From Clostridia bacterium (GTDB lineage: Bacteria; Bacillota; Clostridia; Oscillospirales; QAKW01), in assembly GCA_017937065.1 (NCBI GenBank), contig JAGBEI010000013.1:31333-95332 (forward strand): DNA of 64,000 nt, read 5' to 3'. Both the position numbers and the translations under genes were made by a program. Every line of letters starts with the position of its first letter. Position 1 is the first letter of the stretch. Shown here piece by piece: positions 17,442 to 25,668 of this stretch. The notes beneath the pieces were generated by a model. That model saw only the letters and a program-made list of their open reading frames with translations. It was not told the origin of the DNA and ran no database searches.

Positions 17442-18445
17442 AGCTTTTTTCAAACCCCGAAATCAGGAAAGTCCTGCTGTGGCTTTTGCTTGTATCCGTA
17501 GTTTTCTGCTCTCTTGCATTTATCTTTTTCGGCGTGTACGGATTTATCATCATGCTGCTGGCATTTGTTTCGTCCTTTGTAATATATTTTTACTTCACAG
17601 CCGAACGGTACAAGCAGCTGCGGCAGATGAGCGACAGCATCGACCGCGTGCTGCACGGCGAGGATTTCGGGCTGATATGCGATTACAGCGAGGGCGAGCT
17701 GTCGGTACTCCAAAGCGAGATACGAAAAATGACAGCCCGGCTGCGCGAGGCGGCGGACAGCCTGAAAAAGGACAAGATATATCTGACAGATTCCATTGCG
17801 GACATCTCGCACCAGCTCAGGACACCGCTTACCTCAATCAATATTATGGTATCTATGCTCAGAGAGCAGGAGCTGTCATACGACAAGCGCACAGAGCTTG
17901 TGTATTCGCTGAAAAGCATGCTGTCCCGCATCGACTGGCTGATTGAAACGCTGCTGAAAATGTCCAAAATCGACGCGGGCACCGCGTTTTTCGAGAAAAA
18001 GCAGGTATCGGTGCGTGAGCTTATCAAAAAAGCGTCAATGCCGCTTGAAGCGTCGCTGGACGTCCGCTCGCAGGAGCTTATTACGGAAATCGGAGACGAA
18101 TTTTTCTGCGGCGACATCGCATGGAGCGCCGAGGCGGTAAGCAACATTCTCAAAAACTGCATGGAGCACAACCCGCCGGGCGGAAAAATATATGTAGCAG
18201 CGCGCCGCACGAGCGTTTTTACGGAAATTACAATACGCGACACGGGCGCGGGGCTTGACCCCGACGATATACCGCGCCTGTTTGAACGGTTCTACAAGGG
18301 AAAAACATCAACCGAAACAAGCGTCGGCATCGGACTTGCGCTGGCACGCAGCATTATCGCGCAGCAAAACGGCACGATTAAGGCGTCAAACCATCCCGAC
18401 GGCGGCGCACAGTTTACAATACGCTATTACTTCGGAATTATTTAA
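17438..18445 (+). CDS. Sensor histidine kinase, intramembrane-sensing type
   Basis: Two adjacent TM helices have almost no extracellular loop. An H-box (ADISHQLRTPLTS), N-box (KNCMEHN) and G-boxes (DTGAGL, GIGLALA) are present. A 4-nt overlap with the RR gene indicates an operon. Confidence 0.9.
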   Translation: MKLFSNPEIRKVLLWLLLVSVVFCSLAFIFFGVYGFIIMLLAFVSSFVIYFYFTAERYKQLRQMSDSIDRVLHGEDFGLICDYSEGELSVLQSEIRKMTARLREAADSLKKDKIYLTDSIADISHQLRTPLTSINIMVSMLREQELSYDKRTELVYSLKSMLSRIDWLIETLLKMSKIDAGTAFFEKKQVSVRELIKKASMPLEASLDVRSQELITEIGDEFFCGDIAWSAEAVSNILKNCMEHNPPGGKIYVAARRTSVFTEITIRDTGAGLDPDDIPRLFERFYKGKTSTETSVGIGLALARSIIAQQNGTIKASNHPDGGAQFTIRYYFGII

Positions 18446-18454
18446 GGTACTGAT

Positions 18455-19165
18455 ATGGAAAAGACGAAAAGCAAGGTATTGCGGGCAGTATGTATTTTAA
18501 TATCGGGAATTATCGCCGCGGCGGCAATTTTTATGCTTGATTTTTTCGGACTGCTGCCTCAAAAGAGCTACGACGCGGAATACTTCGGAATTGAGACGGT
18601 AAAAAGCACGGTCGATTTCAACGGCAACGGCACGGACGACTATACCGACATTCTTATCGGGGCAAGAAAGGACGCCGAAAACAAGCCCGAATATACGGAC
18701 AAGTACTATGCGGGCGGATATCCGCCAGAAAACGAGGGAGTGTGCACCGACCTTGTCTGGCGCGCATTTGCCTTTGCAGGCTATTCGCTGCGCGATATGC
18801 TGGACCGTGACATACGCCAAAACCCGCAGGATTACCCCCGCGTATCCGAGCGGGATATTAATATCGACTTTCGGCGTGTGCCCAATCTGAAGGTGTTTTT
18901 CGACAAGTACGCAGAAAAGCTCACAACCGACATTACCGAAATTTCCGAGTTTCAGCCGGGGGACATTGTAATTGTCAACGGCACAAAGCATATCGGCATA
19001 ATCTCGGACAGGCGCGCGGCAAACGGCGTACCGTTCATACTTCACAACGGGGGTCAGGCAAAGCGGGAGGAAAACGCACTGTGGAAAATGTCAATAACGG
19101 CGCACTACCGTTTTAACGCCCGAAATCTGCCGGACGAAATACTCATAAAAACCGAAAATACGTAA
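18455..19165 (+). CDS. DUF1287-family protein with N-terminal TM anchor
   Basis: EGVCTDLVWRAFAFAGYSLRDML ... NIDFRRVPNLKVFF matches the DUF1287 conserved core. Confidence 0.7.
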   Translation: MEKTKSKVLRAVCILISGIIAAAAIFMLDFFGLLPQKSYDAEYFGIETVKSTVDFNGNGTDDYTDILIGARKDAENKPEYTDKYYAGGYPPENEGVCTDLVWRAFAFAGYSLRDMLDRDIRQNPQDYPRVSERDINIDFRRVPNLKVFFDKYAEKLTTDITEISEFQPGDIVIVNGTKHIGIISDRRAANGVPFILHNGGQAKREENALWKMSITAHYRFNARNLPDEILIKTENT

Positions 19166-19194
19166 GGCTTTAAAAAAGCCTTACGTATTTTTTT
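19161..19194. terminator. Bidirectional intrinsic terminator
   Basis: Stem CGTAAGGCTT pairs with AAGCCTTACG (10 bp), followed by TATTTTTTT. Confidence 0.8.
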
Positions 19195-19206
19195 AAATTA
19201 CTTAAA

Positions 19207-20337
19207 TTATTTGTCTGACAGGGCAAGCAGCTTCGTATCGACCTTTGATTTATAAAGGCTGTCGATATCACGGGCGTCATTTTCAGGTATTACATTTTTC
19301 AAATCAAGCCCGCCGTCGGCGTCCACTTTAAAGCAGTACATATCTCCGGCGATAAGAAAATAACATTCGGCGCCGTTTTCCGTGACGGCATTATCCTGTA
19401 TGTTAAGAAACATGAGATAACGCCCGCCTTCTTCGAAATGCGGGTCACCGCCATGGCTTGAATAAGCCGTATCGCCGACCACGCCGCCGAAAATGCGCAC
19501 GTTTATCTCGGCGCCCGCCTCACCCTTAAGCACGCTCAGGGTTTTCATGACATGGTCGGTATACACGCTTTCGCTCTCACCGCCCCTGTCGTTTACAATC
19601 TGATACTCCTTGCCGGTAAACTCACCCACCAATATTAAATCTGCGCTTTCCTCAAGCTCCTGCGCCGGAATGAACGCATATTCCGGAAACACTGCCACAC
19701 CCTTTGTAGGCTTATTTTCTGTCTGCGTTTCATTACTGTCATCCGGTTTATTTTTGTCCGAAACCGCGTTCAGATACAGCTGCTCAACCTCCTGATGCAC
19801 TTCTCTGCCCTCAAAGTCAATGCCGTCGCCGTCTGTCTTAAAGCAGCCGTGTATTCCGTTTATGCAATAGTAAACCGTTTTGCCGCCGTCATCGGCTTTT
19901 TTAAGATACAAAAGGTATTTCTGCCCCTTTTCAAGCGGCTCTTCTGACGAGCTGACGGTCAGCCCGTCCTGCTTGCCTCCCCTGATGCGCACCGTTATGC
20001 TGTCCCCCGCGACACCCTTTACGGTCTGCTGAACATTAACGGTAAAATCGGTGTACACATCGGCAGAGCTATCCGTTTTTGCAGGCACGTATGAAAAATC
20101 TCCGCTCGCCGTACCTATTACAATAAGGTCTGCCTGCTTTTCCATCTGCTCTGCCGTCAGGGCTTCATATGTTACGCGCACAGACGCTTCAAGGTCTTCA
20201 TTTTCCGCCGCGCCCTGCGTACCCGACGCCGTGCCTTGTGCACCCGAAACGGGGTCTTGTTCGATTTTTCTGCCGCATGAGACAGCAGTAAGCAGCACTG
20301 CCGCCGTCATTATAAGCGCAAGTAGCTTCCTTTTCAT
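19207..20337 (-). CDS. Lipoprotein of unknown function made of two tandem homologous domains
   Basis: A lipobox is present (LLTAVSCG). Two colinear halves align: ADLIVIGTASG..VYTDFTV..VKGVAGDSITVRIRGG..GQKYLLYL versus ADLILVGEFTG..VYTDHVM..LKGEAGAEINVRIFGG..GGRYLMFL. Confidence 0.7.
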   Translation of the reverse strand: MKRKLLALIMTAAVLLTAVSCGRKIEQDPVSGAQGTASGTQGAAENEDLEASVRVTYEALTAEQMEKQADLIVIGTASGDFSYVPAKTDSSADVYTDFTVNVQQTVKGVAGDSITVRIRGGKQDGLTVSSSEEPLEKGQKYLLYLKKADDGGKTVYYCINGIHGCFKTDGDGIDFEGREVHQEVEQLYLNAVSDKNKPDDSNETQTENKPTKGVAVFPEYAFIPAQELEESADLILVGEFTGKEYQIVNDRGGESESVYTDHVMKTLSVLKGEAGAEINVRIFGGVVGDTAYSSHGGDPHFEEGGRYLMFLNIQDNAVTENGAECYFLIAGDMYCFKVDADGGLDLKNVIPENDARDIDSLYKSKVDTKLLALSDK

Positions 20338-20515
20338 ATTTTTCCTCCTTTACGGTTTTTCATCGGTGCTTCATCTATATATGTAATCTGCGGCGTAAAA
20401 TGTTGCGTTTTTTTAAATATTCAATATTTTTCGTAAATTTTCCACAAATTAGTGTCGATATTTTTGTGTATGATGTCGTGTGAAAACAAAAATATTCCTG
20501 TTTTTTAAAATATTC

Positions 20516-20683
20516 TTGTATATCGGGGTTATTCGTGTTATACTAATAGAAGCGAAATATGCCGACAGGGCGCAAAGGTCGGCTGTTACATAATAGGCAT
20601 AGCTTGCTATGCTTTGTTTTTTGTTACTGTTTCACTGAAATTTTACCGCCGTTTCCGGCGGTAAGCCATACAAAGGAGAATTA
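20516..20683 (+). promoter_or_regulatory. rnj promoter plus structured 5' leader containing a terminator-like hairpin
   Basis: TTGTAT (20516), a 17-nt spacer and TGtTATACT (20536-20544) form the promoter. Hairpins lie at 20561-20583, 20597-20612 (followed by TTTGTTTTTT) and 20643-20664. The RBS is AAGGAG. Confidence 0.5.
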
Positions 20684-22678
20684 ATGGAAATTAAAGAAAA
20701 AATAGCAAAGCTGAACAGCCTTGCAGACAAAGCCGCCGGTGCCTCGGCGGCTGAAACGACACGCGCTGCGCGCGGAGCACAAACCCGAAACGGACGCACG
20801 GCACAGGCAAAAAAGACGGTAAAGACCGCTGAAAACCAAAAAGACAAGCGCACCGCACAGGCAAAACAGCCGAAAGCGGCAGAACGCTCAAACGGCACGG
20901 CGGCGCGAAAAACCAAAACCGCCGCCAAGGACAGGCGCGCTGTCGCCTTGAATCAGCAAAACATCGCCGATATACAGGCGGCATCGGACAGTAAAACCAA
21001 AACCGCAAAGCGCAGCAGCGGTAAAAAGCTGAAGGTAATTCCTCTCGGCGGTCTGGACGAGATAGGCAAGAACATGACCGTTATCGAGTACGGCGAGGAT
21101 ATGATTATCATAGACTGCGGTCTTGCCTTCCCCGACGCCGATATGCTGGGCATTGACCATGTAATACCCGATTTTACCTACGTCATGAAAAACCGCAAAA
21201 AGCTGCGCGGTATTTTTGTCACTCACGGGCACGAGGACCATATCGGGTCTCTGCCCTATTTTCTCAAAGAAATTAACGTGCCGATATTTGCAAACAAGCT
21301 GACGCTCGGTCTTATCAGGCGCAAGCTGATTGAGCACAAGCTGGACAAACAGAGTATACTGATGGAGTGCAAGCCGGGCGACGTTATTAACCGCGGCTGC
21401 TTTTCGGTTGAGTTTATAAAGGTCAACCACTCCATTGCCGACAGCGCGGCGTTTGCCGTCAAAACCCCTGTCGGGACAATAATCGACATGGGCGACTTCA
21501 AGATAGACACAACCCCGATACGCGGACGCATGATAGACCTTGCAAGACTGGGCGAGCTGGGGCGTGAGGGCGTTTTGCTGCTCATGTCCGACTCTACCAA
21601 TGCGGAGCGCCCCGGCATGGCGCTGTCGGAGCGAAAGGTAGGCGTATCCATCGAAAATATTTTTGCAAGAGCGCGCGAAAAGCGGATTTTTGTTGCCACC
21701 TTCTCGTCAAACGTACACCGTGTTCAGCAAATAATCACAACCGCTGTCAAATACGGCAGAAAGGTCGCGATTTCGGGGCGCAGCATGGAGGGCGTTGTCG
21801 CCGTAGCGCATGAGCTGGGATATCTCGACTATCCCAAGGGCACAATAGTCACCATTGACCAGGCAAACAGATTTCCAAAAAACGAGATAGTGATTATCAC
21901 GACGGGCTCGCAGGGCGAGCCGATGAGCGCGCTTTACCGAATGGCGTTTTCCGACCACAGGAATATCTCCATTACAGGCGACGACCTCGTCGTCATTTCC
22001 GCCTCGCCGATACCCGGCAATGAACGGCTTGTATCCGCCGTTGTCAACGAGCTGGAGCGGCTGGGAGCCGAGGTCGTGGCGGACAGTCTTGCGGGAGTGC
22101 ACGTATCGGGTCACGCATGCCAGGAGGAGCTCAAGCTGATTTTGGGGCTTATAAAGCCGCGCTTTTTCATGCCGGTTCACGGCGAGTACCGTCATCTGCT
22201 GGCGCATAAAAAGCTGGCGGTGGAGACAGGCATTGCGGAAGAAAACATATTTATAAATCAGATAGGCGGAGTGCTGGAGCTAAGCAAAACCACCGCGAAA
22301 ATCACCTCCTCCGTGCCGTCGGGACAGATTATGGTAGACGGCGGCGGAATAGGCGATGTGGGCAATATCGTAATGAGGGACAGACATCTTCTTGCCGAGG
22401 ACGGCATGATTGTCGTAGTTGCGGCTGTCAGCACAAAGAAAAAGAAGATAATGTCAGGACCTGACATTATCTCCCGCGGCTTTATATATATGCGCGAAAG
22501 CGAGGAGCTTATCAACGGTGCAAAGGCGGCGGTTACAAACGCTCTCAAGCGCAGTATGGAAAGGGACGTCTTTGACTGGAGTACCATGAAAACGGAGGTG
22601 CGCGACAGTATTACAAAATACGTCACTTCAAAAACCAGGCGAAGCCCCGTTATAATACCCGTAATAATGGAGGTTTAA
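20684..22678 (+). CDS. rnj: Ribonuclease J with a 115-aa basic Lys/Ala/Thr-rich N-terminal extension
   Basis: LKVIPLGGLDEIGKNM ... FVTHGHEDHIG (metallo-beta-lactamase HxHxDH), a beta-CASP region and a C-terminal domain are present. The only start with an RBS is ATG 20684. Confidence 0.9.
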   Translation: MEIKEKIAKLNSLADKAAGASAAETTRAARGAQTRNGRTAQAKKTVKTAENQKDKRTAQAKQPKAAERSNGTAARKTKTAAKDRRAVALNQQNIADIQAASDSKTKTAKRSSGKKLKVIPLGGLDEIGKNMTVIEYGEDMIIIDCGLAFPDADMLGIDHVIPDFTYVMKNRKKLRGIFVTHGHEDHIGSLPYFLKEINVPIFANKLTLGLIRRKLIEHKLDKQSILMECKPGDVINRGCFSVEFIKVNHSIADSAAFAVKTPVGTIIDMGDFKIDTTPIRGRMIDLARLGELGREGVLLLMSDSTNAERPGMALSERKVGVSIENIFARAREKRIFVATFSSNVHRVQQIITTAVKYGRKVAISGRSMEGVVAVAHELGYLDYPKGTIVTIDQANRFPKNEIVIITTGSQGEPMSALYRMAFSDHRNISITGDDLVVISASPIPGNERLVSAVVNELERLGAEVVADSLAGVHVSGHACQEELKLILGLIKPRFFMPVHGEYRHLLAHKKLAVETGIAEENIFINQIGGVLELSKTTAKITSSVPSGQIMVDGGGIGDVGNIVMRDRHLLAEDGMIVVVAAVSTKKKKIMSGPDIISRGFIYMRESEELINGAKAAVTNALKRSMERDVFDWSTMKTEVRDSITKYVTSKTRRSPVIIPVIMEV

Positions 22679-22713
22679 TAATACCGGCTGCAAAAATTTG
22701 CAGCCGGTTTTTA

Positions 22714-23847
22714 CTAAATTTCGCAGAATATTTTTTCAGCGGCAGATTTTTTTGCGCAAAGGCACATTTTCGCACTCAAAATCCCATCGCTCAGCGGAGA
22801 ATGAGAAACATCCCGACCCGCAACCACATCGCAGAAATTGCGTATCAGCGCCGCATCGCCTCCGGAATGACCGTGTCCCGTCGGGAAACGATAGGTCTCT
22901 GTCGCATCGCTGTTGTGATAATACAGCTGCACAACGCCGGTGTTGAAATCAAACTCGACAGTACCGTAATATCCTATGAGCCGGGCGCCGCGCTTGCCCG
23001 CTCCCTTTCTTGCGATAAAATCCTGAGAGTAGACGGCATGCATTCCGTTGCTGTATTCCACGATTGCGCTGCCGCTGTCCTGATTTCCCGTATCCACCGC
23101 AAAACAGCAGCCCTCCTCAACAGCGTATCTGTCGCCGTATTGGGCTACGTTTTGCGCACTTTCGGGACATTCCTTCGCGCGCGGACATTCGGAGCATTTC
23201 TGATTTGCCGGCATGTCGCCGTAAAAAACCTGCTTTGAATCCACAGCGCAAATTCGCACAGGCTGAATTTCCTCCAAAAGACTGTTTATGTAATCAAAAT
23301 CGTGCGTGGCTTTTTGCAGCCACAGCCCTCCCGTTTCGTTTTCATCACGGTACCAGCCGTGGTAGTAGCATCTTGCATAGGGCACGTTGTTATATGCCTG
23401 AACATGCGCGACATGCCCTATCTTTCCGCTTCTTATTATATCGCGCACGCAGTTTACAATCGGAGTATTGCGCAGAGGAAAGGACACCACAACCTTATTG
23501 CTGAAATCGGGAGAAGCGCCGAGCGCTTCAAGCGCGCTCAGCTGCTGCTCGTTTATACATACGGGCTTTTCCAAAAACGTCGGCAGTCCGTACCTTGCCG
23601 TAAGCAGCATAAAGTCGGTGTGCAGGGAGCAGCGCGTGCCTATTGTCAGGCAGTCGAGCTTTTCGCTTTTAAGCATCTCTGACGCATCGGTGTAAAAGTG
23701 CACGCCGTCATATTCCGCATACTTTTCTTTCATGTCCTCCGTGTTGGGGTCGCATACCGCCTGTATTTTAAAGCCCTCGTTATCCGCGATTTTTTTAACA
23801 ATCGGCGTCATGCGGTGACCGCTGCCGATTACTCCTATTTTGTACAT
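22714..23847 (-). CDS. Gfo/Idh/MocA-family oxidoreductase
   Basis: The N-terminal Rossmann motif YKIGVIGSGHRM and an EKP motif (FLEKPV) are present. Confidence 0.85.
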   Translation of the reverse strand: MYKIGVIGSGHRMTPIVKKIADNEGFKIQAVCDPNTEDMKEKYAEYDGVHFYTDASEMLKSEKLDCLTIGTRCSLHTDFMLLTARYGLPTFLEKPVCINEQQLSALEALGASPDFSNKVVVSFPLRNTPIVNCVRDIIRSGKIGHVAHVQAYNNVPYARCYYHGWYRDENETGGLWLQKATHDFDYINSLLEEIQPVRICAVDSKQVFYGDMPANQKCSECPRAKECPESAQNVAQYGDRYAVEEGCCFAVDTGNQDSGSAIVEYSNGMHAVYSQDFIARKGAGKRGARLIGYYGTVEFDFNTGVVQLYYHNSDATETYRFPTGHGHSGGDAALIRNFCDVVAGRDVSHSPLSDGILSAKMCLCAKKSAAEKIFCEI

Positions 23848-23990
23848 ACAGCTTTACCTCCGTTTTTTTATTTATATTACCATTGCCGCGTCTTGAAAGC
23901 AATAAACTAAAGTGTTTATATTTAGCACAAAACTGCTGTTGATATATTTTAAAAATATGATATAATTTTAAAAAACGCAGGGGTGACATT

Positions 23991-24794
23991 ATGGAATTTT
24001 CAAGCGACAGGATTTCCGATAAATATCTGGAGCTCAACATCTGCGGAGTGCAGCGAACATTCGGAAAGGAGCGGGAGGCGTGCCGTCCGAACGGACGCCT
24101 GGACTATCATATTTTGTACCTTGCCGAGGGCAGCTGCATTCTCACAAGAAACGGCGTGCGGCAAAGGGTTGCCTGCGGCAATATGATACTGTTTTATCCG
24201 CATGAGCCGCAGTTTTACAAATATCCCGCCGGCGAAAACGTGACCTCACTGTTCATGCACTTTTGCGGCACGGGCGGCGCTGAAGTTTTAGAGCAGTGCA
24301 AACTTGACAAACCTGTCGTGTATATAGGAAAAAGTGAACGGCTGGAGAACATATTTTCAAAGCTTGTAAACGAGTATATACTGAAAAAGCCGCTGTTTTC
24401 CGCTGTCTGCGCGGGGCTTATAATTCAGTTTTTAGCGGAGGCGGGAAGACGCGCGATGAGCGGAGAGCAAAAAATATACCCCGAGGGACGCATCGAGCAG
24501 ATATGCAGTATTATGCACAAAAATCTCCGTGAAAATCACCCCGTATCATACTACGCGGCGCTGTGTAATCTCAGCGAAAGCAGATTTCTGCATTTGTTCA
24601 AGGAGCAGACCGGGCACTCGCCCAAACAGTATATTATTAAGATGAAAGTAGAAAGCGCCTGTTCTCTGCTGAAATATCACGGATGCACAATACGTGAGGC
24701 GGCTGAGTCTGTCGGAATTGACGACCTCAACTATTTCAGCCGCCTGATACGGTCGCATACGGGATACTCTCCCGGCAGACTCCGGCGTATGTAA
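23991..24794 (+). CDS. AraC-family transcriptional regulator (cupin sensor plus HTH)
   Basis: The C-terminal AraC HTH signature is present (LCNLSESRFLHLFKEQTGHSPKQYI ... IREAAESVGIDDLNYFSRLIRSHTGYSP). The gene is divergent from the oxidoreductase gene. Confidence 0.9.
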   Translation: MEFSSDRISDKYLELNICGVQRTFGKEREACRPNGRLDYHILYLAEGSCILTRNGVRQRVACGNMILFYPHEPQFYKYPAGENVTSLFMHFCGTGGAEVLEQCKLDKPVVYIGKSERLENIFSKLVNEYILKKPLFSAVCAGLIIQFLAEAGRRAMSGEQKIYPEGRIEQICSIMHKNLRENHPVSYYAALCNLSESRFLHLFKEQTGHSPKQYIIKMKVESACSLLKYHGCTIREAAESVGIDDLNYFSRLIRSHTGYSPGRLRRM

Positions 24795-24826
24795 ATTTGA
24801 TGTTTTTTATAATCCCGCTGTAAAAA

Positions 24827-24855
24827 GGCGTAATATCCGTTAAGGATATTACGCC
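24827..24855 (-). terminator. Strong hairpin terminator (T-run on the minus strand)
   Basis: Stem GGCGTAATATCC pairs with GGATATTACGCC (12 bp perfect). It is flanked by AAAAA on the + strand, which reads as TTTTT on the - strand. Confidence 0.6.
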
Positions 24856-24972
24856 CATGGCGGTCAGTATATCACTATACGTATAAGATAAAAGAGAAGA
24901 CTCGTCATGCGGCGAATCCTCTCTTTTTTGTTGCCTGCGGTGTAAATGTTCATGACAGATTTCAGCAAAGCA

Positions 24973-25260
24973 TTACGCTCTGAAATTATTCCCGCAATCA
25001 TGACAATAATATATTCTTCTGCGATTTGAGAACCAGCGTTTTGCCTGCCATACATGACCTTTTCCGGATACTTTATGTATAATTGCCATCCACCAATCAT
25101 AACAAATAAGCACCGTAAATCCAATCATCCATTTGCACATTACCCACATAAAATACCAAAATCCAAACAACACCGTATACAAACATCCGTGCTTGCTGGA
25201 TTCATCCGATAACTGTACTTTTGTGCTGCCGCATTTTGGACATTTAACGTTGATTGACAT
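24973..25260 (-). CDS. Small membrane protein with a zinc-ribbon CxxC pair at each end (95 aa)
   Basis: The N-terminal CPKCG and C-terminal CHDCG flank two Trp/Phe-rich TM helices. A strong RBS (AAAGGAGGGG) lies 5 nt upstream of the ATG. The local context is AT-rich. Confidence 0.6.
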   Translation of the reverse strand: MSINVKCPKCGSTKVQLSDESSKHGCLYTVLFGFWYFMWVMCKWMIGFTVLICYDWWMAIIHKVSGKGHVWQAKRWFSNRRRIYYCHDCGNNFRA

Positions 25261-25277
25261 TTTTCCCCTCCTTTACC

Positions 25278-25454
25278 AAAAAAGTGCGCAGCCGAAGCTA
25301 CGCACCGAAAAACACATAACTCCGATTGCTGCGACACAACTTCTGACAAACTACAAGAGAAAGCCAAAATAGAGAATGTGTTTTTGCCAAAACAAAAAGC
25401 ACTTCTCCCATAGTCTGTCCAAATATTAAGCTGTGTCGCACCGTGATTATATCA
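25278..25454 (-). promoter_or_regulatory. Extended -10 promoter plus ~150-nt structured leader ending in an intrinsic terminator, directly upstream of the RBS of the 95-aa gene
   Basis: On the minus strand, TGaTATAAT lies at 25446-25454. A 9-bp perfect long-range helix forms between UGCGACACA (25432-25440) and UGUGUCGCA (25330-25338). The terminator is GUGCGUAGC-UUCG-GCUGCGCAC followed by U6 (25278-25305). Confidence 0.45.
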
Positions 25455-25619
25455 CAAAGAAAAAAATTACGCAATACTTTTCATCAAGAATTATTATCCA
25501 CAAGTTTAGCCGATTAAAATTTAGATACCAAACCTAAAGCATTCTGAAAAAGAAAAATCGAATACCCATAACTCAAATCCGTTAAGAACATCGAGGAAAA
25601 TACAGCGGGTATTTTTTGC

Positions 25620-25647
25620 ACCCGTACAGCCGTATCGGCATAGGATA
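25620..25647 (+). promoter_or_regulatory. Sigma-K-like mother-cell promoter of spoVFAB
   Basis: AC (25620-25621), a 17-nt spacer and CATAGGATA (25639-25647) fit the AC-N16-17-CATAnnnTA consensus. The site lies about 20 nt upstream of the spoVFA RBS. Confidence 0.5.
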
Positions 25648-25668
25648 AAGGGAAAAGGGGAATGAGCT

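Noticed and set aside
25300-25660. ORFs of 65-93 aa on both strands in the AT-rich gap (25133-25372, 25140-25367, 25521-25802 and 25582-25779).
   Set aside because: None has an RBS. Their composition is Cys/Phe/Ser-rich and non-protein-like, and they overlap the leader and promoter elements or the spoVFA start.
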